The position numbers were made by a program, and so were the translations under genes. Under the pieces are notes generated by a model, which saw nothing but the letters and a program-made list of their open reading frames with translations, did not search any database and had not been told where the DNA came from. Source: Sphingomonadales bacterium (GTDB lineage: Bacteria; Pseudomonadota; Alphaproteobacteria; Sphingomonadales; Sphingomonadaceae). From it: DNA of 57,546 nt. Shown in pieces: positions 30,963 to 42,670 of the stretch (position 1 is its first letter; each line of letters begins with the position of its first letter). The stretch is taken from positions 1 through 57,546 of the forward strand of contig JAIXYC010000042.1 in NCBI GenBank assembly GCA_027490455.1, read 5' to 3'.

Positions 30963-31540
30963 AACGCTGGCCGATTATTCCAACGATCATTGTGATCATC
31001 GCGGTCGGTATCATGATTGGCCTCGGCGTCTGGCAGCTTCAGCGCAAGGCTGAAAAAGAAGCTTTGCTCGCCCGTTACAACGCCGCTGATGGCCTGCCGG
31101 CGGTCACTTGGCCCGACGTGCCCGATCCCAAGGCACTGCCGCTGTTTCGGCGCTCTACGCTGATGTGCGGCAAGGTGCTTAAAATAGAGTCGGTGTCAGG
31201 CAGCAATCGTGCTGGCGACGCAGGCTTTGCCCATGTTGCCTCATGCCAAACAGGCGGCGCTGAAGGCGTGAACGCGAAAGTTGCCATCGGTTGGTCCGAA
31301 CGTCCGCAATCACCCAGCTGGAGCGGCGGACTGGTCCGTGGCATTATCGCGCCCGATGGGATGCAGTTGATTAAGTTGGTGTCGACTGACCCCGCAGATG
31401 GTCTGCAACAGCTCGCATTGCCATCGCCAGCGCAAATTCCAAACAACCATTTCCTCTATGCCATCCAGTGGTTCATCTTCGCTGCCGCCGCGTCGATCAT
31501 TTATATCCTCGCGGTGCGGAAGCGCTTGAAGACGCCTTGA
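30959..31540 (+). CDS. SURF1 family cytochrome oxidase biogenesis protein
   Basis: LGVWQLQR and PNNHFLYAIQWF. Confidence 0.92.
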   Translation: MKRWPIIPTIIVIIAVGIMIGLGVWQLQRKAEKEALLARYNAADGLPAVTWPDVPDPKALPLFRRSTLMCGKVLKIESVSGSNRAGDAGFAHVASCQTGGAEGVNAKVAIGWSERPQSPSWSGGLVRGIIAPDGMQLIKLVSTDPADGLQQLALPSPAQIPNNHFLYAIQWFIFAAAASIIYILAVRKRLKTP

Positions 31541-32292
31541 ACCTGCCCGTCGAACTCTATTTCTACATCGTCGCAAGTGCTGCCGTCATATTGGTGGGGC
31601 TTGCCAAGGGTGGATTTGCAGGGCTCGGCGCGGCAGCCATGCCGATACTGGCCTTGGTCATGGACCCAGTCGCCGGTGCAGGCATGTTGTTACCCATATT
31701 GATGGTTCAGGATATTGTGAGCGTCTGGGCATTCCGGCGCAATTTTGATCTGCGGACGTTGTTGCTCACCTTGCCCGGCGCAGTCGTTGGCATCTTTTTT
31801 GGATGGTTTTTGGCGACCTCGATTAATGAAGACGCGGTGCGCGGCTTTGTCGGCGTTATTGCGCTATCATTTGGTGTCTATCGCTTGCTTCCTTTGTTCG
31901 GTGCTCAGCTTAAGCTGGCTGGCCCAGCACCCGAGTGGGTTGGCGTCGTCATGGGCGGGGTTTCAGGCTTCACCAGCCAAGTTGCCCATGCGGGCGGCCC
32001 ACCATTTCAGATTTGGGCCCTGTCGCGTAACTTCCCACATTTGGTCTTTGTCGGAACGTCGTCGATATTCTTTGCCATCATCAATTGGATGAAAGTGCCC
32101 GCTTATGCGGCGCTCGGCCAATTCAACACGCAAAATATGACGTTGACCGCCATCTTCCTGCCACTGGCTGTACTCAGCACAATGGCAGGCGTGCGGTTGG
32201 TCAAGCGGGTGTCACCCGAACGGTTCAATATCATCATTCAGCTGTTGATGGTGGTCGTTGGCGTCGAGTTGATTCGCCAAGCCATTTGGTGA
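31537..32292 (+). CDS. sulfite exporter TauE/SafE family protein
   Basis: GLAKGGFAG and AHAGGPP in a multi-TM protein. The TTG start overlaps the SURF1 stop. Confidence 0.85.
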   Translation: MNLPVELYFYIVASAAVILVGLAKGGFAGLGAAAMPILALVMDPVAGAGMLLPILMVQDIVSVWAFRRNFDLRTLLLTLPGAVVGIFFGWFLATSINEDAVRGFVGVIALSFGVYRLLPLFGAQLKLAGPAPEWVGVVMGGVSGFTSQVAHAGGPPFQIWALSRNFPHLVFVGTSSIFFAIINWMKVPAYAALGQFNTQNMTLTAIFLPLAVLSTMAGVRLVKRVSPERFNIIIQLLMVVVGVELIRQAIW

Positions 32293-32299
32293 CTGCGCC

Positions 32300-32845
32300 C
32301 TATTTGGGCGACAGCACCATAAGCATTTGACGGCCTTCCATGCGGGGATGCGCCTCCACCTTTGCGGTCTCGGTCGTATCGGCCTGAACGCGTTGCAACA
32401 GGTGCATACCCAATTGTTGGTGGGCCAATTCACGACCACGGAAACGCAAAGTGATTTTCACCTTGTCACCTTCCTCGATGAATTCCGCAACCTTCTTCAT
32501 CTTGACCATATAATCATGGTCATCGATGTTCGGACGCATTTTAATTTCTTTAATTTCCTGCGTTTTCTGACTCTTACGCGCAAGGTTGGCCTTTTTCTGG
32601 GCCTCATATTTGAACTTGCCGATGTCCAGAAACTTGCAGACTGGGGGATCAGCGTTCGGGGATACTTCCACCAGGTCAAGACCGACTTCAGCGGCCTGCG
32701 CTATCGCCTCGCGGGTGTACAGGACACCCAAATTTTCGCCGTCATCATCAATGACTCGTACTTTTTCAGCTGTGATGAGATTATTGTAGCGCGGACCACT
32801 TTTAACAGGTGGGGTCATTGCGCGCCGGGTCGGCGGGGTGGCGAT
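32300..32845 (-). CDS. infC: translation initiation factor IF-3 (probable non-canonical AUC start)
   Basis: [26 protein letters not shown] and RFRGRE. The AAAGGAG SD lies 8 nt upstream of an in-frame ATC at 32845. Confidence 0.95.
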   Translation of the reverse strand: MATPPTRRAMTPPVKSGPRYNNLITAEKVRVIDDDGENLGVLYTREAIAQAAEVGLDLVEVSPNADPPVCKFLDIGKFKYEAQKKANLARKSQKTQEIKEIKMRPNIDDHDYMVKMKKVAEFIEEGDKVKITLRFRGRELAHQQLGMHLLQRVQADTTETAKVEAHPRMEGRQMLMVLSPK

Positions 32846-33011
32846 AGTCGATACTCCTTTTGATGTTGAGCTGCGCCATTACAGCCAAATCGCTAACAGA
32901 TAAAGGCCTTAGCGCCGGATTATCCGCTTTTGTTCGCGACAGTGGCTCTCGAGACACGGCCAAGCGCGCATGATCGCCGCTCAGCAAATGGCGAAAGGAT
33001 CCTAATCTGAT

Positions 33012-35126
33012 CTATTTGGTGAGTGCCGTCAGGTCATCGACCGTCAATATTTGCGGAAGTATCTGCGCGTCTCCGTTCGGCGGGAAGTACAGATATAATG
33101 GCACGCCGGAGCGACCATATTTTGCGAGATAGCGGGTAATGTCGGGGTCCCTGCGCGTATAGTCACCCACCATCACGGTCATGCCCGCCTTGCGGAATGC
33201 GTCATTGGTCTCCGTCCGGTCAATCGCCGCCTGTTCATTGACCTTGCAGGTGACGCACCAGTCAGCGGTGAAATAGAGGAACACCGGCTTGCCCTCGGCA
33301 CGCAGCGTTTTCAGGCGGGCTTCGTTAAAAGTGATGCTACCTGCCTTAGACGCCGTGCCCGCAGGCTCAATCGTCACTTTGCCGATTATCAGTGCCGCGC
33401 CGATGGCTATCGCCAACAGGGAAATCACAACCCATTTATAGGGCGACCCCGCTTTCTGTTTCCGGCCAAGTGCAAACAGCCCCGCGAGGATGATGAGCGC
33501 CGCCGCGCCGCCGATCATCAAACCGGTGACCCCAGCCAGTTGATATGTTAGCCACAGCAATGCCAGCGATGTCAGCGCCATGGGCAGTGCCATCCACTGG
33601 CGGAACCGTACCATCCATAGCCCGGGTCGCGGCATCCGCTTGCGTAAGGCGGGGATGAACGCAATCGCGAGGAAGGGAAGGGCCAAGCCAAAGCCAAGCC
33701 CCGTAAAAATCAGCAATGCCAAACCGGTTGGCAGCAAAAGCGCGGCGCCCATTGCGGCGGCCATGAACGGCCCAGTGCATGGCGTCGCGACGACTGCGGC
33801 AAGTACGCCTGTCCAGAACGATCCGGCAAGGCCGCCCTGACGCGTCAGCTTTTCGCCCGCGCCAATGCCGCCGACTTCAAATAGCCCGGCCAGATTTGCG
33901 GTGACCGCGACCATCAGCAACAAGAGTATCAACACGACCGCTGGGTCTTGCAGTTGAAATGCCCAGCCCACTTCTTTGCCGGCAGCGCGCAAGGCCAGCA
34001 TGATACCGCCGAGGATGAGGCAGCTGACAATGATGCCGACCGTGTAGGCCACCGCATCGCGGCGGGCCTCGCCTTCATCACCGCCCATTTTAGCAAGGCT
34101 CAGCGCCTTCAGCCCCAATATGGGAAAGACGCAGGGCATGAGATTGAGCAGCAAACCACCGAGCACGGAGAATGCCAATATCCACCCAAAGCCAAGCGGT
34201 GGTTGTTGGCCATCGGCAGGCGCACCTTCGTCCAAAACAGACACCGCATCGCCGCCCGATGGCACCGCGCCCGCAACAGCGCGCACCTCAAGCCCCTGCG
34301 CGTCATTGAAGCGCAGCAGCCCGTCAATTCGGCCGTCAAAGCCCGCTTTCACCGCACCGCTGACCACCAGCCAGTCGCCCACCCGCCGCGCGCTTTGCGG
34401 CGCTGCATAAAGGAACAGCTTTTCGGTCTGCGCGAAGAACCAGACGCGTTCCGCCTTGGCACTGCGCGGATAGGGGATAGCGATTTCAATACGCTTGCCG
34501 TCAATTTGGTACAGCGCCGAACGGTCAAGCGGCACTGGCAGGGCGCTGCGCCGTGCGTCAAAGCGCGCGCGATCAGCATTGGCAATGGTGCCCGACCCGA
34601 CCGTCAACGGTACGGACAATGTCGCGGCCTCCGGAACGCACACCAAGTCGGAACAGGCCGACCAGCGGGCATCCACTGTGACGTTCAGGCTTTGGCCAGG
34701 CTGCGCGTCTTTGGGTATTGTGACATCCACCAGAAAGGCATGCTTTGCCTTGTAGATATGGTTCATAAACCCGCTGACGATCAGCGTCTCGGGCACCGGC
34801 GCACGCACCGTTCCGGCTTTAACACCGCTTGGCAATTGCCATTCAAGCTCAAGCGGCGTCCCCGCATCGCCGGGGTTTACCCAATAATCATGCCAGCCCG
34901 GCTTAGGGTCCATGACGATCGCGACCGTCACAACATCGCCGGGTGCGGGGCGATTGGTTTCGATATCTATCGATGCGCGCACATTTTGCGGCGATGCGTT
35001 GGCTGGCGTCTGTGCATATGCCCCGCTAACGGTCAGCGATAGCGCCAACAAAAACGCGCATAGTGTGCGCAGAAGGCGCTGGGCCAATACCAACGTGCCG
35101 ATATTCTGCGTGCGTAGAACAGCCAT
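33012..35126 (-). CDS. DsbD-family protein-disulfide reductase
   Basis: WHDYWVNPGDAG, ACSDLVC, NLMPCVFP, ATPCTGP and the thioredoxin motif WCVTC. Confidence 0.9.
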   Translation of the reverse strand: MAVLRTQNIGTLVLAQRLLRTLCAFLLALSLTVSGAYAQTPANASPQNVRASIDIETNRPAPGDVVTVAIVMDPKPGWHDYWVNPGDAGTPLELEWQLPSGVKAGTVRAPVPETLIVSGFMNHIYKAKHAFLVDVTIPKDAQPGQSLNVTVDARWSACSDLVCVPEAATLSVPLTVGSGTIANADRARFDARRSALPVPLDRSALYQIDGKRIEIAIPYPRSAKAERVWFFAQTEKLFLYAAPQSARRVGDWLVVSGAVKAGFDGRIDGLLRFNDAQGLEVRAVAGAVPSGGDAVSVLDEGAPADGQQPPLGFGWILAFSVLGGLLLNLMPCVFPILGLKALSLAKMGGDEGEARRDAVAYTVGIIVSCLILGGIMLALRAAGKEVGWAFQLQDPAVVLILLLLMVAVTANLAGLFEVGGIGAGEKLTRQGGLAGSFWTGVLAAVVATPCTGPFMAAAMGAALLLPTGLALLIFTGLGFGLALPFLAIAFIPALRKRMPRPGLWMVRFRQWMALPMALTSLALLWLTYQLAGVTGLMIGGAAALIILAGLFALGRKQKAGSPYKWVVISLLAIAIGAALIIGKVTIEPAGTASKAGSITFNEARLKTLRAEGKPVFLYFTADWCVTCKVNEQAAIDRTETNDAFRKAGMTVMVGDYTRRDPDITRYLAKYGRSGVPLYLYFPPNGDAQILPQILTVDDLTALTK

Positions 35127-35127
35127 T

Positions 35128-36540
35128 TTATTCCGGTGCCGTTTGTAGGGGCGGTGAACCCATATTGGGCATTGCTTTCGCCTTTTTCCAGCTGCCGTTC
35201 AGATAATAAGCGATCGACAACACACAAGAGGCGATGGATGTCGCGATGAAGGCAGCCCAAATGGCGTCCGCGCCAAAACGTTCATATAATCCAAAGCCGA
35301 TAGAGAAGCGGACGATGACGGCGCTGAATATCAGGATGAGCAATGGCGCGACCACGGCGCCATTTGCCCGCACCGCGAAGGTCACAACAACCGAAACACC
35401 CATCAATATAAAGCTCCAGCCAATGATATGGTTGATGTGAATGGCGATATCGATCGCTGGACTGCCAATGGGCAGGAACAACTGAAGCAACGGTGTTGCA
35501 AACAAGGTCATCAGCAAAATCAGCACGCCCGACATCAGCAGGTTGATGCCAATGCCCGACCACACGATGCGACCGACGCGATCCCATTTGTTAGCCCCAA
35601 TATTTTGCGCAACCATAGCGCTGACCGCGCCGCCAACCGCCACCGCGGGCATTTGCACATAGCTCCACAGCTGGTTCATCACACCAAAGGCCGCTGTGGT
35701 ATCGACGCCCTCAATATTGACGAGGCCAATCATCACGACGGCTGAGCCCGACATGATAATCATCGACAGGCCCATGGGCAGACCCATACGCGCTATCGGT
35801 TTCAAAAAGCGGGCGTCAGGGCGCAGCCATTTAAGCTCCGCCCCGCGCAGGCGAATGGTCAGGTCAAGCGCATAGACCTTGCGCAGCAGCAGGCCGAGGC
35901 TGATGATCCCTGCAACGATGGTCGCCAAAGCAGACCCCGCGATGCCCATTGCGGGGATTGGACCAAAGCCAAGAATGAACACCGGGTTGAGGATGATGTC
36001 GAGCACGACATTCAATACCGTATTCCAAAATGGCGTGACGGAATCACCGACGCCGCGCAGCGATGATGATATCAGCACCATAACAAACGACGTGGGCATC
36101 GTCAGGAAAATCACCCGCAGATAGGCAAGCGCGAGCGGATAGACCGTCTCTGGCGTCGACATGAGTCGCAGCATATGCGGCGCGAAAATCCAGCCTGCCG
36201 CTGCGAACAATAAGCCCGCAGCGAAAAAGACGGTGATTGCGGTTCCCATGATCCGGCGCACCGATTCAATATCGCGGCGGCCCATATTCTGGCCGATCAA
36301 TATCGTTGTCGCCATGGTGAAACCGAACAGGGTGGAGAACATCAAGAACATGATGAGCCCGGCGTTCGCCGACGCCGCCAGCGCCTCTTCGCCCAAAAAC
36401 TTTCCGATCCAAACCGAATTGACCGAATTGTTGACCGACTGGAGAATGTTCACGCCAAGCGAAGGCAGCGCAAACAAGAACAATGTTTTCGCAACCGGAC
36501 CAACCGTCAGGTCGCGTTGATGCGCGGGTGCGCCGCTCAC
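35128..36540 (-). CDS. MATE family efflux transporter
   Basis: DLTVGPV, LRGVGDS and [10 protein letters not shown] in a multi-TM protein. Confidence 0.92.
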   Translation of the reverse strand: MSGAPAHQRDLTVGPVAKTLFLFALPSLGVNILQSVNNSVNSVWIGKFLGEEALAASANAGLIMFLMFSTLFGFTMATTILIGQNMGRRDIESVRRIMGTAITVFFAAGLLFAAAGWIFAPHMLRLMSTPETVYPLALAYLRVIFLTMPTSFVMVLISSSLRGVGDSVTPFWNTVLNVVLDIILNPVFILGFGPIPAMGIAGSALATIVAGIISLGLLLRKVYALDLTIRLRGAELKWLRPDARFLKPIARMGLPMGLSMIIMSGSAVVMIGLVNIEGVDTTAAFGVMNQLWSYVQMPAVAVGGAVSAMVAQNIGANKWDRVGRIVWSGIGINLLMSGVLILLMTLFATPLLQLFLPIGSPAIDIAIHINHIIGWSFILMGVSVVVTFAVRANGAVVAPLLILIFSAVIVRFSIGFGLYERFGADAIWAAFIATSIASCVLSIAYYLNGSWKKAKAMPNMGSPPLQTAPE

Positions 36541-39203
36541 CCCAATCGTGCCAATGCCGCTGTCAGCCGCTCGGCCTCGGCAGCTTTTTCTGCGTGATCG
36601 GCGCGTGCCTTTTCGACTGCCTCTGGCTTTGCCTTTTCAACAAAGGATGCGTTGGACAGACGCCCTGCAAGCGCATCACGTTCCTTGGCCGCAGCTTCGA
36701 TCGCTTTGGTGATGCGGCTGCGTTCGGCATCGAGATCGATGATGCCATCGAGGGCATAGACGACCGTATCGCCACCGACCACGATCTGCGCGACATTGTT
36801 GGTCTCGACAGGCGTAAAAGCAAAGCTGTCGATGCGGCCCAAGCGCGATAGCGCCGCGGCTTGCCGTTCGATGATGGCGATGGTGGATGGCTGTGGATCG
36901 GCGATATTCGCGGTCAAACGTGCGCCGGGCGGAATGTTCAGCTCTGCCTTAAACGAACGTGTCTTGCTGATCGTATCAATCACCCAGTCGATTTCACGAA
37001 CGGCGTCGGCGTCAACCGTTGCGTTTGGCTCGGGCCATTTGGCATGGATGATGTCATAGGGGCGATCACCCAATGCGTGCCACAATTCTTCGGTGATAAA
37101 CGGCATGAACGGATGTAGCATGACCAAAATTTGGTCGAGCACCCAGCCCGCGACGATCATGGATTCCGCACCCATCTCGCCCTTTTCGCCATCGACAAAA
37201 GCCGGCTTGATGAGTTCGAGATACCAATCGCAAAACTGGTCAAAGACCATGTGATAAATCACATCAGCCATGCCATCGAAGCGGAATTCGGCGAAGGCCT
37301 TGTTCAGTTTCTCGACGGTGCCAACCACCTCGCCGATAATCCAGCGGTTTACCGCGAGCTCGGCTTTGGGGGCGTGGATGCTGTGCGATCCGCTAATGCC
37401 GTTGGACTGCGCAAAGCGCGCCGCATTCCAAAGCTTGGTCGCAAAGTTGCGATATCCGGCGACGCGGCTTTCATCCATTTTGATGTCGCGGCCCTGGCTT
37501 TCCATGGCGGCCATGAAGAAGCGCAAGGCATCGGCACCATATTGGTCAATCAGGCCAAGCGGATCGACGGTATTGCCCTTGGACTTCGACATTTTACTGC
37601 CGTCTGCAGCGCGGACGAGGCCGTGCAGATACAGCGTCTTCCACGGCACTTCTTTCATGAAGTGAATGCCCTGCATCGCCATGCGCGCGTCCCAGAAGAA
37701 CAATATGTCGAAACCGGAAACGAGCACGTCATTGGGATAATGGCGGTCGAGCTCTGTGGTCTGATCGGGCCAACCCAATGTGCCAAATGGCCAAAGCGCG
37801 GATGAGAACCATGTGTCGAGCACATCCGGGTCACGCGTCAATTCAACGTCTGTTCCGGCAAGCGCTTGCGCAGCTTCTTCGGTCTCTGCGACATAGCATT
37901 TGCCATCCGCATCAAACCACGCGGGTATCTGGTGGCCCCACCATAATTGCCGCGACACGCACCATGGCTGGATATTTTCCATCCAGTTGAAATAGGTTTT
38001 TTCCCAAGATTTGGGGACGATATCGATTGCGCCCGAACGCACAGCTTCGATTGCCGGCTTGGCCAATGTTTCGGCATCGACATACCATTGGTCGGTCAAC
38101 CACGGTTCAATCACTTGGCCCGAACGGTCGCCAAATGGTGTTTGAATGACGCGGTCTTCAACCTTTTCGAGGAAGCCCAAAGCGTCCATCGCTTCGACCA
38201 CCATCTTGCGTGCATTGGTTGGCTCGCCTTCGATGCCGAAGCGATATTGGCCGATATATTCTTGGGGAATGAGGCCATCCGATGTTTGCACGACGCGGCC
38301 TTCGCCATCGAGCATGTTGAACATCTCACTGGATTTGAATCCGGCGCGCTTGCCGACTTCAAAGTCATTGAAATCATGCCCCGGCGTTACCTTGACTGCG
38401 CCTGAGCCCAGTTCCGGATCGGCATGTTCATCGGCAACAATCGGTATCAAGCGGCCGGTGATTGGCAGGCGGACATTTTTGCCCACCAGATGCGCATAAC
38501 GTTCATCCGAGGGATTTACGGCGACCGCCATATCGGCGAGCATGGTTTCGGGCCGCGTGGTCGCGACGGAGATAAATCCGCTGCCATCTTCGAGCGGATA
38601 TTTGAAGTGCCAGAACTTGCCGTTGATTTCGCGCGTTTCCACCTCAAGGTCGGAAATCGCGGTTTTCAGGCCCGGGTCCCAATTGACGAGGCGCTTGTCG
38701 CGATACAGCAGGCCCTGATTGTAGAGTTCAACGAACACTTTGATGACGGCTTTTGAAAAGCCCTCATCCATCGTGAAGCGTTCATTTTCCCAATCCATCG
38801 AGCAGCCAAGCCGGCGCAGCTGGCCGGTAATTTCGCCGCCGCTTTCTTCTTTCCATTCCCACACCTTGGCAATGAATTCGTCGCGCGTGAAATCGGTGCG
38901 CTTTTGCTGGCGCGCATTTAATTGCCGTTCGACCACCATTTGCGTGGCGATACCCGCATGGTCGGTTCCAACCACCCACAGTGCATCCTTGCCCTGCAAA
39001 CGCGCATGGCGAATGAGGATGTCCTGCAACGTATTGTCGAGCGCGTGGCCAATGTGCAGCGAGCCCGTCACATTTGGCGGCGGGTTCACGATTGTATAAG
39101 GCTCTGCATCGGGCCGTGCGGGACGGAACGCGCCAGTGGATTCCCAATGGGCGTACCATTTTGCTTCAATTGCGGCGGGGTCGAAAGTCTTGTCGATAGT
39201 CAT
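36537..39203 (-). CDS. valS: valine--tRNA ligase
   Basis: [29 protein letters not shown] and KMSKS. Confidence 0.98.
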   Translation of the reverse strand: MTIDKTFDPAAIEAKWYAHWESTGAFRPARPDAEPYTIVNPPPNVTGSLHIGHALDNTLQDILIRHARLQGKDALWVVGTDHAGIATQMVVERQLNARQQKRTDFTRDEFIAKVWEWKEESGGEITGQLRRLGCSMDWENERFTMDEGFSKAVIKVFVELYNQGLLYRDKRLVNWDPGLKTAISDLEVETREINGKFWHFKYPLEDGSGFISVATTRPETMLADMAVAVNPSDERYAHLVGKNVRLPITGRLIPIVADEHADPELGSGAVKVTPGHDFNDFEVGKRAGFKSSEMFNMLDGEGRVVQTSDGLIPQEYIGQYRFGIEGEPTNARKMVVEAMDALGFLEKVEDRVIQTPFGDRSGQVIEPWLTDQWYVDAETLAKPAIEAVRSGAIDIVPKSWEKTYFNWMENIQPWCVSRQLWWGHQIPAWFDADGKCYVAETEEAAQALAGTDVELTRDPDVLDTWFSSALWPFGTLGWPDQTTELDRHYPNDVLVSGFDILFFWDARMAMQGIHFMKEVPWKTLYLHGLVRAADGSKMSKSKGNTVDPLGLIDQYGADALRFFMAAMESQGRDIKMDESRVAGYRNFATKLWNAARFAQSNGISGSHSIHAPKAELAVNRWIIGEVVGTVEKLNKAFAEFRFDGMADVIYHMVFDQFCDWYLELIKPAFVDGEKGEMGAESMIVAGWVLDQILVMLHPFMPFITEELWHALGDRPYDIIHAKWPEPNATVDADAVREIDWVIDTISKTRSFKAELNIPPGARLTANIADPQPSTIAIIERQAAALSRLGRIDSFAFTPVETNNVAQIVVGGDTVVYALDGIIDLDAERSRITKAIEAAAKERDALAGRLSNASFVEKAKPEAVEKARADHAEKAAEAERLTAALARLG

Positions 39204-39273
39204 GGGTTTGTGCCTTAACGAGCCTTACCGGAAAGGGAAACCCTCACCACACACATGTGACTGAACAGCCCAT

Positions 39274-39304
39274 AAAAAGCCCCGCCGCTGACGTGCGTTG
39301 GGGC
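39274..39304 (-). terminator. probable intrinsic terminator after the S9 peptidase
   Basis: Minus strand reads GCCCC..CGC-loop-GCG..GGGGC followed by TTTTT. Confidence 0.6.
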
Positions 39305-39306
39305 GG

Positions 39307-41355
39307 CTATTGCGCGCCCTTCAAATGCTTGGCCAGCCATGCAAACACAGTCTGGTGCCACTGGATCGAATTTTTTGGCTTCAGCACCCAATGGTTTTCA
39401 TCGGGGAATACCAACAGCTTCGATTCCACGCCCTGCTGCTGCAATGCGGTGAAGGTGGCCAGGCTTTGCGAATACGGAATGCGATAATCCTTCTCGCCGT
39501 GGATGACCAACGTCGGTGTTTTCCATTTGGCGACATGGTTCACAGGATTCCATTTTTCGGCATCGGTCCGCGTTGTCCATGGCCCACCATTATCCCATTG
39601 GTCGAACCATAATTCTTCGGTTTCATAGGCCATCGCGCGCAGGTCAAAAATGCCCGCATGATTGACGAGGCATTTGAAACGGTCGGGCCAGTTGCCCGAA
39701 ATCCAGTTCATCATGTAACCGCCATAGGATCCGCCAAGCGCGCAGGCGTTTGCAGTATCAAGCTGCGTGTCGATTTTGCCAACTGCGTCCATGCCCTTTT
39801 GCAAATCTTCAAGCGGCCATCCGCCCCAGTTTTTGTTGATGCTGTCAGTGAATTTCTGGCCATATCCGGTTGACCCGTGAAAATCGATGGTGACGACGGC
39901 ATAGCCTTGCGACGCCATGACCGCCGGGTTCCAACGATAAGACCAGCTGTTGTTAAACGAACCTTGCGGTCCACCATGAACCAGCAACAACACGGGCAGC
40001 TTGCCCGTCGCATTTTGCGGCTTCACGATTTGGCCAAATACCTGTTCGCCATTGGCACCGGCAAAATCGAATTTCTGGTAATTGACGGGATCGAGCGTTG
40101 CCAATGCGTCCGCATTTACGTTGGTTAGCCGTGTGGTCTTGCCCTTGGCATCCATATGCACAAGGTCGGATGGGCCAGAGATGCTGTTGATGGCGTAGAC
40201 GACACCGCCATTTTTCAACGGAACAGCTTCGGCAATGCTGCCGCGGTCGGTCAGCCGCGTGACCTTGCCTTTCAGGTCGACGCGATACAGCGGCGTTTCC
40301 AGCACATCTTGCGCGGTCACCAGCAGGCTTCGGCTATCCAAAGCCCATGCAAGTGACGCCACCGAACGGTCCCACTTTTCGGTCAGCGCGGTAACCTTGC
40401 CGCTCTTCAAATCCATCAACTTTACGACCAGCCTGTCGGCTTCGTAGGTCGCGCGCGGCATCGACGTCCATGCCATCCATTTGCCATCGGGCGACATGGC
40501 CGGTGTCGTATCCGTCCCTGCATTGTCGGCGGTCAGGTTGACCGGCGCCTTCGACTTTAACGACGCGCCGTAAATGTCGAGGTTGGTCGACTTCGCCTCA
40601 TTTTTGTCGGCCAACCGGAGGGTGAAGGCAATGCCGCTGCTATCGGCGTTCCAGCTAATCTCTTCACCGCTGCCAGAGGGTTTGGATGGGGCATCACCAA
40701 CAAGGGCGCCATCCATCGCCGTACCCGATGTGCCAAGCTTGCCATCTGCGCCCAGCATGAAGGTGAACACGCGGCTGTAATTGCCCGGCGTTTCCCATTG
40801 GTCCCAATGGCGCACCATCAGCTGGTCATATTCGCGGCCGGTTCCGGGGCCGGGCTTTGACGTGTCACCGTCCTTTTCACAGCCAAATTCCATGCAATCG
40901 CGGGCAATATCGCCCCAGACAGCAAATTTCTGTCCATCGGGGGAGATTTTGAACCCGCTGACATCGGCCTTGAAATTACTCGCCTGTGTGGTTGTCGCTG
41001 TCGCAATGTCGTAGCGCCAAATCTGGTCCGATCCGCTTTCATTGCTGATGTAAAAAATGCTTTTGCCGTCGGGGGCAAAGGCGGGGTCATGCTCATTCTT
41101 GTCCGGTTTTGATGCGAACATCATTGGCTGCGGATTGGCGCCAATTTTGAGCATGTAAAGGTCGGTCTTGCCCTTGTTCGCGGCCAAATCGGTTTCGCGC
41201 AGCTGATAGGCGATCATTGTCCCGTCGGGCGATGCCGTTGCGCCCGAAAGGCGCTTCATTGTCGCGAGGTCGGTCTCCGTCATCGGGCGTGCAAACGCAG
41301 CGGAGGAAAGGGCGGAAGTGCCGATGATTGCGGCAATCAGGATGGTGTTTCTCAT
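39307..41355 (-). CDS. exported S9 family (dipeptidyl/acylaminoacyl) peptidase
   Basis: Signal peptide, beta-propeller repeats, HGGPQ, GGSYGG, GEKDYR and DENHW. Confidence 0.92.
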   Translation of the reverse strand: MRNTILIAAIIGTSALSSAAFARPMTETDLATMKRLSGATASPDGTMIAYQLRETDLAANKGKTDLYMLKIGANPQPMMFASKPDKNEHDPAFAPDGKSIFYISNESGSDQIWRYDIATATTTQASNFKADVSGFKISPDGQKFAVWGDIARDCMEFGCEKDGDTSKPGPGTGREYDQLMVRHWDQWETPGNYSRVFTFMLGADGKLGTSGTAMDGALVGDAPSKPSGSGEEISWNADSSGIAFTLRLADKNEAKSTNLDIYGASLKSKAPVNLTADNAGTDTTPAMSPDGKWMAWTSMPRATYEADRLVVKLMDLKSGKVTALTEKWDRSVASLAWALDSRSLLVTAQDVLETPLYRVDLKGKVTRLTDRGSIAEAVPLKNGGVVYAINSISGPSDLVHMDAKGKTTRLTNVNADALATLDPVNYQKFDFAGANGEQVFGQIVKPQNATGKLPVLLLVHGGPQGSFNNSWSYRWNPAVMASQGYAVVTIDFHGSTGYGQKFTDSINKNWGGWPLEDLQKGMDAVGKIDTQLDTANACALGGSYGGYMMNWISGNWPDRFKCLVNHAGIFDLRAMAYETEELWFDQWDNGGPWTTRTDAEKWNPVNHVAKWKTPTLVIHGEKDYRIPYSQSLATFTALQQQGVESKLLVFPDENHWVLKPKNSIQWHQTVFAWLAKHLKGAQ

Positions 41356-41395
41356 GGCCACACCCTAGTCAGCGCACGGCAGGCAGGCAAGAAAT

Positions 41396-42670
41396 TTAGC
41401 GGACCAGTTTGCCGTCTTTCATGACGTGGGTCAGATTTTCCAGCACGCGGATATTCTGAAGCGGATCGCCCTTCACGGCCACCAGATCGGCAAAGCGCCC
41501 CGGCTGCACGCTTCCCAGCATATCTTCTTTGCTCAACAGCTCCGCCGCGCGGATGGTTGCGCTTTGAATGGCCTGCATCGGGGTCATGCCATAGCGGACC
41601 ATATATGCAAATTGCTTCGCATTGCCGCCATGCGGATACACGCCGCTGTCGGTTCCATAGGCAATCTTCACGCCCATCTTCACCGCTTTGGTAAAGCCAG
41701 CGCGTTGGATATCGGTCGTCTCCCGGTTCTTGCGCAAATATTCTTCGGGCCATTTTTCGCGCGTGCCGACATCGTCAATATAATCACCATTATAGATGTC
41801 CATGACCAGCCATGTGCCGCTGGCTTTGGCCATTTTGACGGCTTCATCGTCGATCAGGCTGGCATGTTCGATGGAACGCACGCCCGCGCGTATGGCGCTT
41901 TTGATCCCGACCGCGCCGTGCGCATGCGCCGTCACAAATTTGCCCCGCGCCTTGGCAGTCGTGACCACGGCGCGCAGTTGATCTTCCGTCAATTCAGGCT
42001 CGCCCGGTTCGGTACCAATCGCAAGCACCGCGCCCGTGGCGATGGTTTTAATGAAATCGGCGCCTTGGTCTATTAAGGATGCGGTCTTCGCAGCAGCTTC
42101 GTCGGCTGTGCTTGCAACACCCAGACGCATGTCGGCCGGAAGCTGCTCGTTCGGAACCACGCCGTTGAGTTCACCGCCGCCTTTCGGGATCGTAATATAC
42201 GCGCCAGCGACAAACATACGCGGGCCGGGAACATCGCCTGCATTGATGGCATTGCGCAATGCGACATCGGTTAGCCCGCGATAGGTGCCGACATCACGCA
42301 CGGTGGTAAAGCCAGCCTCAAGCGTAAGCCGTGCATGATGGGCGCCAATCAATGCGGTTGCCGCAGGCGACGTTTTCAGCGGAAGTGCCAGATCTGCACT
42401 TTGACTCGCGTCGGCCAGATGGGTGTGCAAATCGAATAAACCGGGCAGGACAGTATATGCCGACCAATCAAGCCGTTCGCTGCCCGCTGGCGTCGCGCCA
42501 CAGGGCGCGACCGCGGTGATCTTGTCCGCGGTTATGCTGATGCATTGCCCAGTGCGGACTTGGCCGGCCTGAACATCCAGCAGCCTGCCTGTTTCAATAT
42601 AGAGATTTTGCGCAAATGAAGCCGTTGGCGAAAACGCCAACGCCGCCGCGAGTATCAACGCCGCGCGCAT
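41396..42670 (-). CDS. exported metal-dependent amidohydrolase (prolidase-like)
   Basis: PGLFDLHTH, GFTTVRDVG, AHAHG, SIEH and GTDSG, with a signal peptide. Confidence 0.9.
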   Translation of the reverse strand: MRAALILAAALAFSPTASFAQNLYIETGRLLDVQAGQVRTGQCISITADKITAVAPCGATPAGSERLDWSAYTVLPGLFDLHTHLADASQSADLALPLKTSPAATALIGAHHARLTLEAGFTTVRDVGTYRGLTDVALRNAINAGDVPGPRMFVAGAYITIPKGGGELNGVVPNEQLPADMRLGVASTADEAAAKTASLIDQGADFIKTIATGAVLAIGTEPGEPELTEDQLRAVVTTAKARGKFVTAHAHGAVGIKSAIRAGVRSIEHASLIDDEAVKMAKASGTWLVMDIYNGDYIDDVGTREKWPEEYLRKNRETTDIQRAGFTKAVKMGVKIAYGTDSGVYPHGGNAKQFAYMVRYGMTPMQAIQSATIRAAELLSKEDMLGSVQPGRFADLVAVKGDPLQNIRVLENLTHVMKDGKLVR

